Source of the DNA: a virus | Lineage: Duplodnaviria; Caudoviricetes | Reading direction: 5' to 3' (one strand) | IMG/VR virus record: IMGVR_UViG_3300025018_000270 | Span: 1 to 40,105 of that record | DNA length: 40,105 bases | Part shown: piece after piece, positions 14,739 through 24,165 of the stretch | How the letters are laid out: the number at the start of each line of letters is the position of its first letter | Numbering within the stretch: position 1 is the stretch's first letter | Position numbers and translations under genes: made by a program | Notes under the pieces: model-generated | The model's input: the letters and a program-made list of their open reading frames with translations, nothing else | Database searches by the model: none | What the model was told of the DNA's origin: nothing

Positions 14739-16541
14739 GTGGCAAAGGGCGGGACGCTGACTGTCGCCGCAAAAGAGCGGAGCCCGTGGGCCGATCGCAA
14801 CATGCGAACGGCCCAACCTGTAACGTGGGCGGAGAAACAGGCTGAGGCGCTCAAGGCGATGCGCCAGCCGTTCGAGCAAGATATCGTCCAGATATCCGCG
14901 CTCGCTCAACCCAACCGCTCGCGGTTCATCGCGTCCATGTCGACGACGCAACGCGGCAAGGCAACGCGGTCGAACAACCTCTATGACGGGCACGCTATCC
15001 GCTCGTTCCGCTATCTGACCAATGGCATGTATAGTGGGCTGTCATCGCCTAACCGGCCATGGTTCCGGTTCAAGCTGCCTGACGATGATCTGACCAAGTT
15101 CCATTCGGTCGCGCGCTGGTTGGCTGACGCGCAAGATATTGTCGCGAAGATGCTGGCGACGTCCAATTTCTACACGGCCGCCAAGGTCGGTTATGGCGAG
15201 ATCGGCCTGTTCGGCACCGATGCCTGCATCATGACGGAGGCTCTCGATCACGAAACGGGTCTGACCTATCCCGTCTGCTTCCCGCAAACCTTTGGCGAGT
15301 ATTGGCTGGGGCTCAATGAGCAACTGGAGCCGGAGCGCCTCATGCGCCAGGGGCAAATGACGGCGCGCCAGATGGTGCAGGCCTTCGCGGTCGACCGGCT
15401 GGATCCGCGCAATGTCGATTGGAACAAGCTGTCGCAGCCGGTGATCTCTGCCTGGGATCAGGGCAATTACGATACTGAGTTTCCGGTCATGGCTCTGATC
15501 GAGCCGAATGACGACTATGATCCGCGCCGCGCCGATGCGACCGGCATGCCGTGGAAAATGTGCAAGTGGGAGCCGGGTGCGCGTGCGGCTGGCGAGAAAA
15601 TGCTGGAGACGCGCGGGTTTCACTCGCAACCGTTCTGGGCTCCGCGCTGGGAAGTGACGGGATCCGACGTCTATGGCTATGGCCCCGGCCATGATGCGCT
15701 GGGCGACATGCGGGTTCTGCAATTGCAGGGCAAGCGCAAGGGCGAGGCAACCGACTATGCGGTAAAGCCTCCGATGGTGGCGCCCTCGTCTGTGCGCCTC
15801 AAGTTCTCGCCGGGCTCTGTCAGCCATGTGGCCAATGTCGACCAGGCCAACGTCAAGCCGCTGTTCGAGGTCGACTATCGCGCGATCGAGATCATCGGCC
15901 GCGATGCGCAAGAGATCCGCAATGCGATCGATGAGGCGACTTATGCGCGCCTGTTCATGGCAATCTCCAATCTTGAGGGTTCGGCGGATCGCACGGTGGC
16001 GGAGATCGCTGCGCGCGAGGAGGAGAAGCTGACGCAACTTGGCCCGGTGATCGAGCGGGTCAATAATGAGAAACTGGCGATTGCTCTGGATCGTGCGTTC
16101 GATATCGCGGCGCGCAACAACATGCTGCCGCCTCCGCCGGAGGAATTGCAGGGCATGCCGATCGAGGTCGATTTCATATCGATCCTCGCCCAGGCGCAAC
16201 GCATGATCGGCATGCAGCAAACCGATCGCGCGCTCGCCTTCACTGCGCAGATTAATCAGGTCACGGGAACCACCACGGCAACCGAAAACCTCGATGTGGA
16301 TGAGTTGGTGCGTGACTATTGGGATCGCGCTGGCGCGCCTCCCAAGGGGTTGCGGGATCCGGCGGAGCGCGATGCCGATCGGCAGGCGGCCGCGCAACAG
16401 GCGGCCGCGATGCGCGCGGCGGAGATGGCCAAGGCTGCGCAACCGGCCGCCAATGCCATGCAGACCATGGCGCAAACGCCTGTCGGCGATGGGGAGGCAA
16501 CGCTGTTCGATCGCCTGACCGGCGCGCTGCCGACGGGGTGA
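14739..16541 (+). CDS. Portal protein (podoviral head-tail connector)
   Basis: GMYSGLSSPNRPWF, APRWEVTGSDVYGYGPG, EEKL.QLGPVIER, FISILAQAQR. Confidence 0.96.
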   Translation: MAKGGTLTVAAKERSPWADRNMRTAQPVTWAEKQAEALKAMRQPFEQDIVQISALAQPNRSRFIASMSTTQRGKATRSNNLYDGHAIRSFRYLTNGMYSGLSSPNRPWFRFKLPDDDLTKFHSVARWLADAQDIVAKMLATSNFYTAAKVGYGEIGLFGTDACIMTEALDHETGLTYPVCFPQTFGEYWLGLNEQLEPERLMRQGQMTARQMVQAFAVDRLDPRNVDWNKLSQPVISAWDQGNYDTEFPVMALIEPNDDYDPRRADATGMPWKMCKWEPGARAAGEKMLETRGFHSQPFWAPRWEVTGSDVYGYGPGHDALGDMRVLQLQGKRKGEATDYAVKPPMVAPSSVRLKFSPGSVSHVANVDQANVKPLFEVDYRAIEIIGRDAQEIRNAIDEATYARLFMAISNLEGSADRTVAEIAAREEEKLTQLGPVIERVNNEKLAIALDRAFDIAARNNMLPPPPEELQGMPIEVDFISILAQAQRMIGMQQTDRALAFTAQINQVTGTTTATENLDVDELVRDYWDRAGAPPKGLRDPAERDADRQAAAQQAAAMRAAEMAKAAQPAANAMQTMAQTPVGDGEATLFDRLTGALPTG

Positions 16542-16548
16542 TGATCCA

Positions 16549-16893
16549 ATGAGGCGGGCGGCAAGACGGATCGATCCGGAGATCCAGCGGAGGCGGGATC
16601 TGGAGGTGCTGATGGCGCTGCCGGAGTTCCGCCGGTTTCTGTTCTTTACAGTTGCACAAAAATCGGGCATTGCCCGCGCTGCCAATGGCGACGGAAACGC
16701 AACGTTTGAAAACGGGCGGAGGTCGCTGGGGTTGGAAATCCTTATCGAGGCGGATGAGACGATCTCCGTTCGGGATCCTGCCAATGCGCCCTTTACCGCG
16801 CTGGCTCTCTGCACCGATGAGGCTCAAAAACTTCTAACCCAGGAGGCAATACCCTATGATGAAAGTGATGATGACGAATATGAGCGGCGCTAG
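16549..16893 (+). CDS. Bbp19-like post-portal protein
   Basis: DL..LM..PEFRRF...FENGRRSLGL; syntenic position. Confidence 0.8.
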   Translation: MRRAARRIDPEIQRRRDLEVLMALPEFRRFLFFTVAQKSGIARAANGDGNATFENGRRSLGLEILIEADETISVRDPANAPFTALALCTDEAQKLLTQEAIPYDESDDDEYERR

Positions 16894-17764
16894 CGCGCTT
16901 GCCATGACGGTCGCGGAGCGCGCGGCTGGCCGGTTCATGCGTGCGCCGGATCATGATGCTGGCACGGCTGGCGGCGACGGAGGATCGAATGGCGGAGATG
17001 CGGGAGCCGGAGCGCAAGCGAACGGCGGCGGAGACGGCGCTGGTGCTGGCGCGGATGCGGGCGGTAATGCCGGCAACGATCAGTCGGGCGGCAATGATGA
17101 AGGTGGATCCACAATCCTCTCCGATGCCGCTAAGCCCGACGGAGCGGCCGGAGCGGCTGACGGGCAACAGGGCGATGCGTCGGATGAGGGCGGCGAGGGC
17201 AAGGGTGAAGGCCCGCGCCTGACGTTTGGCGAGGGCGAGGCTGCGGCCGAGATCCTCGGCGCTCCTGAAGCCTATGAGATCAAGGCGCCGGAGGGCATGA
17301 CGTTCGACAAGGATGCGTTCGAGGCGGTCGAGCCCGTTCTCAAGGATCTCAACCTGTCCAATGAGGCCGCGCAAGCGGTGGTCAACGCCTATGCCGAGAA
17401 GATCCTCCCCCTGATGGCGGAGCGCGCCAAGGCGGAGGGCGAGGCGCTGGGCGCTGACATGCGGCGCGAGTGGGCGCAACAGGCGGAGAAAGAGTTCGAC
17501 GGCAAGGAGGGGCGTCCGACGCTCCAGGAAGCCAAGGCGCTATCGCGCCAGGCGTTCCTCAAGTTCGGCGTGGGCGGCAAGGAGGATGATCCGTTCCTCC
17601 AGTTGCTCGATGATAGCGGGCTGGGATCTCATCCTGTCATGGTGCGGACGATCGCGATGATCGGCCGCGCGGTGGGTGAGGGCACGATCGAGACGGGCGG
17701 CACGGGCGGGGCAAAGCCGCGCTTGGCCGATCGGATCTATGGGCAACCCGTCAAGCCCGGGTGA
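16856..17764 (+). CDS. Head scaffolding protein (putative)
   Basis: Gly/Ala/Asp-rich N-terminus, GAPEAYE, LNLSNEAAQ, SGLGSHP.MVR...IG..V.E, ADRIYG; directly before the MCP; AGGAGG RBS. Confidence 0.85.
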   Translation: MMKVMMTNMSGASALAMTVAERAAGRFMRAPDHDAGTAGGDGGSNGGDAGAGAQANGGGDGAGAGADAGGNAGNDQSGGNDEGGSTILSDAAKPDGAAGAADGQQGDASDEGGEGKGEGPRLTFGEGEAAAEILGAPEAYEIKAPEGMTFDKDAFEAVEPVLKDLNLSNEAAQAVVNAYAEKILPLMAERAKAEGEALGADMRREWAQQAEKEFDGKEGRPTLQEAKALSRQAFLKFGVGGKEDDPFLQLLDDSGLGSHPVMVRTIAMIGRAVGEGTIETGGTGGAKPRLADRIYGQPVKPG

Positions 17765-17821
17765 TGCAAGTTAATGGTCGCGGCAATGGTCATGGTTCAA
17801 CAAGGGTAAGGGAATAGAGAC

Positions 17822-18871
17822 ATGGCGGTTCTTGGCACTACTGTCCCGACGCTGGCGGATATCGCTACGTCCATGGGCGCCAACGGCACGTTCGATACTG
17901 AACGGGTCAATCTGCTTGCGCAGACCAACGAGATGCTTTCGGACATGGTGTGGAAAGAGGGCAACCTCCCCACGGGCCACAAGACGACTGTGGTGACTGG
18001 CCTGCCGACGGTCGGTTTCCGCCGGTTCAACGAGGGTGTCGCGCTCTCCAAGTCGACCAATGCGCAGATTGAAGAAGGCGCGGCCATGCTGGAAGGCTTC
18101 TTCCAGGTCGACCGTGCGCTCGCTGTCATGTCTGGGGATCCGAACCAGTATCGCCTCGATGAGAGCGCGATGTTCATGGAGAGCATGAACCAGACGCTGC
18201 AATCCTACATGCTCTACGGCAACGCCTCAGTGATGCCGGAAAGCTTCACCGGCTTCGCTGCTCGCTACAACACCCTGTCGGGTGCGGTTGGCCAGCAGAT
18301 TATCGATGCCGGCGGGTCGGGCTCTGACAATACCTCGATCTGGCTGATCGGCTGGGGGCCGTCGTGCTTCGGCATGTATCCCAAGGGCACCACGGGCGGC
18401 CTGCACCACAATGACGTAACCACCAACCGCCTCGCGGCGGAGGATGGTTACATGGTCGGCGATGTTCTGGCGGATGCCAATGGTCGCAACTTCATGGGCT
18501 ATCGCGATCACTTCCGCTGGAATTGCGGCCTTGTGGTGCGCGACTATCGGGCGATTTCGCGCATTGCGAATATCGATATCTCCGAATTGATCGCGGGATC
18601 GATCAACGCGGCTGATCTGATCAAGCTGATGATCCAGGCCTATTACAAGATCCCGACCATGCTCCGTAAGAACAACGGGCCGAACGGCTTTGGCCGTCCG
18701 GCATGGTATGTGAACAGCACGATCAAGACCGCGCTGCACCTCCAGGCTCTCGAAAAGAACAACGTGCAGCTTTCGCTGCGCGAGGTCGAGGGCGCTGAGG
18801 TTCTGACCTTCCTCGGCATTCCGGTGCGCGAAGTCGATCAGCTTCTCACCAGCGAGGCGGCTGTCGTCTAA
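17822..18871 (+). CDS. Major capsid protein (BPP-1 Bbp17/epsilon15 gp7-like)
   Basis: LLAQTNEML.D..WKEGN..TGH.TTV.TGLP...R..N.GV..SKST, GSDNTSIWL..WG, RIANID, FLGIPVR.VD.L..E..V. Confidence 0.95.
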   Translation: MAVLGTTVPTLADIATSMGANGTFDTERVNLLAQTNEMLSDMVWKEGNLPTGHKTTVVTGLPTVGFRRFNEGVALSKSTNAQIEEGAAMLEGFFQVDRALAVMSGDPNQYRLDESAMFMESMNQTLQSYMLYGNASVMPESFTGFAARYNTLSGAVGQQIIDAGGSGSDNTSIWLIGWGPSCFGMYPKGTTGGLHHNDVTTNRLAAEDGYMVGDVLADANGRNFMGYRDHFRWNCGLVVRDYRAISRIANIDISELIAGSINAADLIKLMIQAYYKIPTMLRKNNGPNGFGRPAWYVNSTIKTALHLQALEKNNVQLSLREVEGAEVLTFLGIPVREVDQLLTSEAAVV

Positions 18872-18939
18872 CGCCTGATCTCCAGGCAACGCCTGCCCGC
18901 GGCAAGGATCAGGCGCAATTCAGGACAAGGATTTGAGAT

Positions 18940-19398
18940 ATGGCACTTACTGACAGGCAGACGCTGCTCTCGAATGAACAGGCGGTTACGGTCACCGCCT
19001 TTTCGACCGATCAGTATGATACCGGCAATGTGGCGGGTGGCCGCAACATTGGCCGCGCTCACCAGCCGCTCCGTGCGGTTTTCACCGTGGATGAGGCGGC
19101 CGTCTCTGGCGGCGCTACGACTGTGGCGTTCGAGATCGGGCATGCCGATGCTGCGGACGGCACGGGCTTTGTCGCGCTCGCTTCCTCGGCCGCGATCGGC
19201 AAGGCTGCACTGACGATCGGCGCAAAGCCGCTCGATGTGGCAATCCCCGACACTGCAAAGCGGTTCATCATGGGTCGCTATACTGTGGCGACGGGGCCGC
19301 TCACCGCCGGCAAGTTCACGCTCTCGCTCCAGATTGGAAGTGATCATCAGCGTGCTTATCCGCGCGGTGACAATCCGAGTGCGTTCTCCGGCGTCTGA
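18940..19398 (+). CDS. Capsid cement protein (Bbp16-like)
   Basis: D....LS..QAVT.TA.STD, RF....YTV..GP.TAGK; follows the MCP. Confidence 0.88.
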   Translation: MALTDRQTLLSNEQAVTVTAFSTDQYDTGNVAGGRNIGRAHQPLRAVFTVDEAAVSGGATTVAFEIGHADAADGTGFVALASSAAIGKAALTIGAKPLDVAIPDTAKRFIMGRYTVATGPLTAGKFTLSLQIGSDHQRAYPRGDNPSAFSGV

Positions 19399-19471
19399 TC
19401 CCCTCGCCGGAGGGTGAGGGCGCCGGGATTAACCGGCGCCCTCCTGTTCCACCGAATGAAAGGCCATTGCG

Positions 19472-19888
19472 ATGAAAAGATACATGCTCACCACTCCGGC
19501 GTTTATCGCCGCAACCCTCCTGGTCGAGGGCTCGATCGTCACGGAGGATGATCTCGGCACGAAAGAGGTTCCCGTGCTGGATAAGGCTGGAAAGCCAACC
19601 GGCAAGACAAAGCGTGTTCAGGTGCGTCCGCCTTCGACTGCGATCGAGGTCAATGCCAAGGGCGAGCCGGTAAGCGATAGCGATGCCGACATGCTGGCCG
19701 CCATGGCGGAAGGCAAAACGGAGATCGCCGCTGTCCGGCCGCACGCTCCCAACCCGACGGAGCCGCAAGGTGCGCCTGCGCAACCGGCCGGCGGCGTCCA
19801 GGTCGCGGAAAACGATCTGTCCACTGAGCCCGCCACTGCTCCGGCAACGGTTGCGGCGGAGGAGCCCAAGCGGCGCGGATCCAAGTAA
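19472..19888 (+). CDS. Hypothetical protein in the head module
   Basis: GAAAGG RBS, phage-typical codon usage, ends before a terminator. Confidence 0.8.
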   Translation: MKRYMLTTPAFIAATLLVEGSIVTEDDLGTKEVPVLDKAGKPTGKTKRVQVRPPSTAIEVNAKGEPVSDSDADMLAAMAEGKTEIAAVRPHAPNPTEPQGAPAQPAGGVQVAENDLSTEPATAPATVAAEEPKRRGSK

Positions 19889-19914
19889 AAGTTCCCCGCA
19901 AGGGGCATTCGGGC

Positions 19915-19954
19915 AGCGGGTCGCGGTCAGGGTAGCCGCGGCCCGCTTTTCTTT
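19915..19954 (+). terminator. Rho-independent terminator ending the capsid transcript
   Basis: GCGGGTCGCGG-loop-CCGCGGCCCGC followed by TTTTCTTT. Confidence 0.8.
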
Positions 19955-19998
19955 ATCGTCGCGTGGTGGCATAACCCGCGCAATTCGAGGAGATCTCC

Positions 19999-20697
19999 AT
20001 GGCTCGCGACAAGGTATCGATCTGCAACGCTGCTCTCGATGAGTTGCCAGCCGATAACATTCAATCGATCGATGATGTGGACAGCGTGGGCGCGCGCGCT
20101 TGCAAGCGCCATTTCCAGAATTGCATCTCCGACATGCTCGGCGATTGGGAGTTCGAGGCCGCTATCCGGCGCCAGGCTCTTGCCCCCACTACAAACGATC
20201 GGGATTATGAGTGGAGCCATGCCTATGTCATGCCTTCCTCGATCTCCTCGCTGCTGCGCGTCCTCCCCTATCGCGCTGCGCTGGATCCTGCGTCAGTAAC
20301 GCTTCTGCCCGGTCAACGGTTGTTCCCTCTGGATTGGGGCTATTTCCCTGAGAATGTCGGGGTTCGGTTCGTCGCGAACAACAACAAGATCTATACCCAT
20401 GAGCCGCAAGCCGTGGTCGAGTTCGTCACGTCGGAGCCGGATCTCGGCCGCATGTCGTCGCTGTTCTCCCGTGCGCTGGAGTTGGAGTTGGCCGCGCGGA
20501 TCTGCATGCCGGTGATCAAGAGCCGGGAGCGCCAGCGCGAATTGATGCGGATGGCGGAGGTCGCGCGCCAGCGCGCGATCGCCGATGATCGCAACAACTC
20601 GCCGGATCGCTATGATACGGTGGCAAGCGAGGAGGCGATGGTGCGCTCTGGCCTGCCTCCGTCGCCGCGCGGTTGGTATAGCGGGGGATATTCCTGA
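19999..20697 (+). CDS. Tail adaptor / tail tubular protein A
   Basis: VSICNAAL..L...I.S.DD...AR.C, W.F.A, W..AY..P, F..AL...LAA.I..P. Confidence 0.88.
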   Translation: MARDKVSICNAALDELPADNIQSIDDVDSVGARACKRHFQNCISDMLGDWEFEAAIRRQALAPTTNDRDYEWSHAYVMPSSISSLLRVLPYRAALDPASVTLLPGQRLFPLDWGYFPENVGVRFVANNNKIYTHEPQAVVEFVTSEPDLGRMSSLFSRALELELAARICMPVIKSRERQRELMRMAEVARQRAIADDRNNSPDRYDTVASEEAMVRSGLPPSPRGWYSGGYS

Positions 20698-21368
20698 TGT
20701 TCCGGCACGGGCTTAACAATTTCAGCAAGGGCGAGATCGGCCCGCAACTCTACGGCCGCGTCGACGTGGCCGCCTACAATGCCGCGGTGCGGCTGGCGCG
20801 CAACGTCGTGATCCTCAAGTATGGCGGGCTCCAGCGCCGCATGGGGACGCGCGTGGTCTATGAAATCCGCGAGCCGGATGCTGGCTGGTCGGATCCCGAT
20901 AGCGAGGCGCGGCTGTTCCCGTTCGAGTTCTCGATCGAGCAAACCTATGCGCTGCTGTTCACGCAAGCGAGCATGCGGCCGCTTGCCTTGGGTGGGGCGG
21001 TGCTGGAGGAGGAGTTGGAGATCCTGGGTATCACAAGCGCCAACGGCGCTGTGGTGACGATCGATTTCCACGATTACGCGGTGGGCGATGAATGGTTCGC
21101 CAGCGGGATCGAGGGCGAGATCGGGGATCTGCTCAATGGCAGGGTGTGGCTGATTACGGAGATTGTCGATGCCGACAATTTCCGGATCAATGCCGATACC
21201 TCTGGGCTGGCGGCCTTCACTGGTGCTGATGGCGGGATCACGCGGGTCGCGGAGCCGGATCCGCCTCCGCCGCCGCCGACTGTGCCTCCGCCATACGTTC
21301 CACCTCCGCCTCCATCGATCGTGCCGCCGGGTGGACGTGGTTTCAGTCCTGATTCCGAGATACCCTGA
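20697..21368 (+). CDS. Tail nozzle (tubular protein B) N-terminal part, with an E1-FCCH-like domain and a poly-Pro tail
   Basis: NFSKGEIGPQLYGRVD..Y...N......GG..RR.GT, RLFPFEFS..QTYAL.F; ITSANGAVVT..H......G..G...LNGR; PPPPPPTVPPPYVPPPPP. Confidence 0.85.
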   Translation: MFRHGLNNFSKGEIGPQLYGRVDVAAYNAAVRLARNVVILKYGGLQRRMGTRVVYEIREPDAGWSDPDSEARLFPFEFSIEQTYALLFTQASMRPLALGGAVLEEELEILGITSANGAVVTIDFHDYAVGDEWFASGIEGEIGDLLNGRVWLITEIVDADNFRINADTSGLAAFTGADGGITRVAEPDPPPPPPTVPPPYVPPPPPSIVPPGGRGFSPDSEIP

Positions 21369-23188
21369 TGGGCGGCCGTCGTCTCTATAGGGTTCCGATG
21401 CCCTACAATGGCCGCGAGTTGCGTGAGATCGATTTCGCGCAATCGTTTGACACAATGTATCTGGCTCACCTCAACTATGAGCCGGGCAAGCTGACGCGCG
21501 AGGATCATGACGATTGGGGTTTTGTCAGCATCCCGTTCGGCCCGACACTCTCCTCGCCAACCGGCGTAGGCGTGACGGCAACGGTCGCGAATACCGATGC
21601 GGGTAATGGCGGCGATGCCTATTTCCCGCGCGCTGCTCGCTACGTCGTTTCGGCCGTCAATGAGGATACCGGGCAAGAGAGCCTGCCCTCGGCGGAGGTG
21701 ACGGCAACGAACGATCTCTCGCTCAAGCGCAATTTCAACACGGTGTCATGGTCGGCGCCGGCTGGAGCAACCTATCATCGCGTATTCAAGGCAAACCTCG
21801 ATGGGGCGTTCGGGTTTGTTGGCGAGGTATTGTCGGGCACTAGCTTTGTGGATGACAATATCGAGCCGGATCTTTCCGACGGTCCGCGCCAGGGGCGGGA
21901 TCCGTTCGCCTCGGCTGGCGACTATCCCTCCACCGTGTTCTTTTTCGAGCAACGCGCCGGTTGGGCGCGCACGATCAACAATCCCAACGCGGTCTATCTG
22001 AGCCGCTCGGCGGATCTGGAGAATATGGATATCTCCCGCCCGCTTGTGGCGGATGATGCAATCACGCTGCGGCTGGTCGCGGAGCGTGTCAACGCGGTCA
22101 ATCAGGTCGTGCCTATGGATGATCTGATCGCGCTGACGTCCGACGGGCCTTTCCGGATCGTGGGGTCGAATGAGGATTACCTGTCCGCCAATCCGCCGCC
22201 GCGCCAGCGTCGGCAAGGGTCGCGCGGGGCGTCACGGGTCAAGGCTGCGATCGCGGATGAGACTGTGTTCTATCTGCCAAACCTCGGTGATGAGGTGCTG
22301 TCGATCGGCTACACGTTCGAGATCGATGGCTATCGGTCAAACAACGTCGCGATCTTCTCGCCGCATTTCTTCGAGGGCTTCGATATCGTCGCCTGGGCCT
22401 ATGCGCGCGAGCCTCTGTCCTGCATCTGGGCGGTGCGCTCCGATGGCAAGCTGCTGTGCTTCACCTGGCAACGCGAGCAAGAGGTCTGGGGCTGGACGCT
22501 GTGCGAGACGGATGGCCGCTATCTCGATGTGTGCGTGATACCGGAACGGCCGGCTGGCGCATTGAAGCCGGAGGATCGGGTCTATTTCATAATCGAGCGC
22601 GAGATCGCTGGCGTCACCCGCCGCTTTGTCGAGCGCATGGCGAGTGCAAAGTGGGAGGATCAGGTCGATGGCTGCTTCCTCGATTGCGCGTTCACGTTCG
22701 TATTCGATGAAGCGCAATCGCAAGTGTTCGTTCCTGTGTTGGCGGGGGCAACGGTCGATATCCTCGCGGATGGCAACGTGTATCAGGCGCGCGAGGTCGC
22801 GGAGGATGGCACGCTGGAGATCGAGTTCCCGGCGAAGATCTGGCATGTCGGCCTGCCTTACGTCTCCACAATCGAGACGCTCCCGCTTGCTCTCCCCAGC
22901 CGGAACGGCGGATCTCGCGCTGGCCGCGTCCAGGACGTTGGCGAGATCGTGTTGCGCGTATTCGAGACGCGCGGTGCGCGCGCCGGGCGCAAGGAGGATG
23001 ATCTGTTCCCGCTCAAGACGCGCCGGCAAGAGCCTCTCGGATCTCCCAAGTCGCTGCTCACCGGGGACTATACGTTCGAGACGCCTCCGGCTGTAAGCCT
23101 GGAGGCGACGGTCTGGGTCAAACAGATTTACCCTCTGCCGATGACGATCTCCTCGATCTTCCTCGATCCGATCGAGCATAATGGCTGA
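21368..23188 (+). CDS. Tail nozzle (tubular protein B) main part
   Basis: PY....L..I.FAQS.D.MY.AH, YPSTVFFFEQR, W.VRSDG.L...T..REQEV.GW, FLDC, HVGLPY.S..ETLP, Q..PLP.TI; TGATG overlap. Confidence 0.9.
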   Translation: MGGRRLYRVPMPYNGRELREIDFAQSFDTMYLAHLNYEPGKLTREDHDDWGFVSIPFGPTLSSPTGVGVTATVANTDAGNGGDAYFPRAARYVVSAVNEDTGQESLPSAEVTATNDLSLKRNFNTVSWSAPAGATYHRVFKANLDGAFGFVGEVLSGTSFVDDNIEPDLSDGPRQGRDPFASAGDYPSTVFFFEQRAGWARTINNPNAVYLSRSADLENMDISRPLVADDAITLRLVAERVNAVNQVVPMDDLIALTSDGPFRIVGSNEDYLSANPPPRQRRQGSRGASRVKAAIADETVFYLPNLGDEVLSIGYTFEIDGYRSNNVAIFSPHFFEGFDIVAWAYAREPLSCIWAVRSDGKLLCFTWQREQEVWGWTLCETDGRYLDVCVIPERPAGALKPEDRVYFIIEREIAGVTRRFVERMASAKWEDQVDGCFLDCAFTFVFDEAQSQVFVPVLAGATVDILADGNVYQAREVAEDGTLEIEFPAKIWHVGLPYVSTIETLPLALPSRNGGSRAGRVQDVGEIVLRVFETRGARAGRKEDDLFPLKTRRQEPLGSPKSLLTGDYTFETPPAVSLEATVWVKQIYPLPMTISSIFLDPIEHNG

Positions 23189-23645
23189 GGCTATCAAGCT
23201 GGTGCCAGCATCGCCGGGGCACGTCGGGCGGCTGGCTACGCGGATGCGCCCGATCGATGTGGCTGAGTGTGCCGCTCGCGGCCATGCGCCAAAGCAATCG
23301 CTAAGGCTCGCGCTCCGTGCCTCTCTCTGGGCTGTTACCGCCATGGTCGACGGGGATCCTCACGCGATGTTTGGGGTAGCGCCTGTGTCGGTTGTCGCGG
23401 ATCGTGGATGCCCGTGGTTTCTGGGCTCTGACGCTGTTCTTGCTCACGGTCGGGATCTTCTCACGATTGGCCCTCTTGTGTTGTCGCGGATGCACGGATC
23501 TTTCGCGCGGCTGGAGAATAGCGTATCGATCGACAATGAAAAGGCTATCCGGCTGCTGTCGCGCTGGGGCTTCTCTTTCGCTGATGACGTGCATGATGTG
23601 GGCGGCATGACATTCCGCAAGTTCTGGAGGGAAAGCTATGTGTGA
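23181..23645 (+). CDS. GNAT-fold internal virion protein A-like (T7 gp13/DUF2833-like)
   Basis: MR..D..EC.A.G..P, AMFG, PWFLGSD, LEN.V...N..AIR.L...GF. Confidence 0.8.
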   Translation: MAEAIKLVPASPGHVGRLATRMRPIDVAECAARGHAPKQSLRLALRASLWAVTAMVDGDPHAMFGVAPVSVVADRGCPWFLGSDAVLAHGRDLLTIGPLVLSRMHGSFARLENSVSIDNEKAIRLLSRWGFSFADDVHDVGGMTFRKFWRESYV

Positions 23646-24165
23646 ACCTGCAACGCTCGCGATCGTCGCAACCGTGGCCGCGACGGCTTCGGCCGGCGTG
23701 GCCGGATATTCGGCCTATCAGCAATCGCGCTTTCAATCCCGCGTGGCCAAAGCCAACGCCTCAATGGAGGCGGAGCGCGTGGTCGGAGAGATCGACCGCG
23801 GCCGCGAGGAGCGGCGCAACCTGGCGCGGCGCAATGCCGCCATGCGCGGAGAGCAAACGGCCGCCATGGCTGCGAACGGGATCGATGTGGATTTCGGCAA
23901 CGCGGCTGAGGTGCTGGGCGATACGGAGCAATTCTATCGCGAGGATACCGCCACCTCGCTCGCCAATGAGCGCGACCGGATCCGCGGGATCGATATCAAT
24001 GCGGCGAATTACCGCTCTGAGGCTGCGGCGGCGCGCTCGCGCGGCACGGGGCAACTGATCGGCACGGCGTTCGACATGGGCGGGACGATCCTCGGCGGGG
24101 TCGGCAGGGTCAACAGGATCAAGGCTGCACAAGCGGGCGGCGGATCCGGCTGGAGTGGTTACTGA
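23638..24165 (+). CDS. Small ejection protein (T7 gp14-like)
   Basis: MCEP + hydrophobic Ala-rich N-terminus, G.Q.A..AANG.D...G. Confidence 0.85.
   Translation: MCEPATLAIVATVAATASAGVAGYSAYQQSRFQSRVAKANASMEAERVVGEIDRGREERRNLARRNAAMRGEQTAAMAANGIDVDFGNAAEVLGDTEQFYREDTATSLANERDRIRGIDINAANYRSEAAAARSRGTGQLIGTAFDMGGTILGGVGRVNRIKAAQAGGGSGWSGY

Noticed and set aside
16940-17210. Gly/Ala/Asp-rich low-complexity tract as a separate repeat element
   Set aside because: It is the ordinary disordered N-terminus of a scaffolding protein, with no regular nucleotide period
21360-21390. CCC-TGA +1 programmed frameshift joining the two nozzle genes
   Set aside because: The +1 frame stops at 21388-21390 after ~8 codons; the second gene is in the -1 frame and no X XXY YYZ slippery heptamer precedes it
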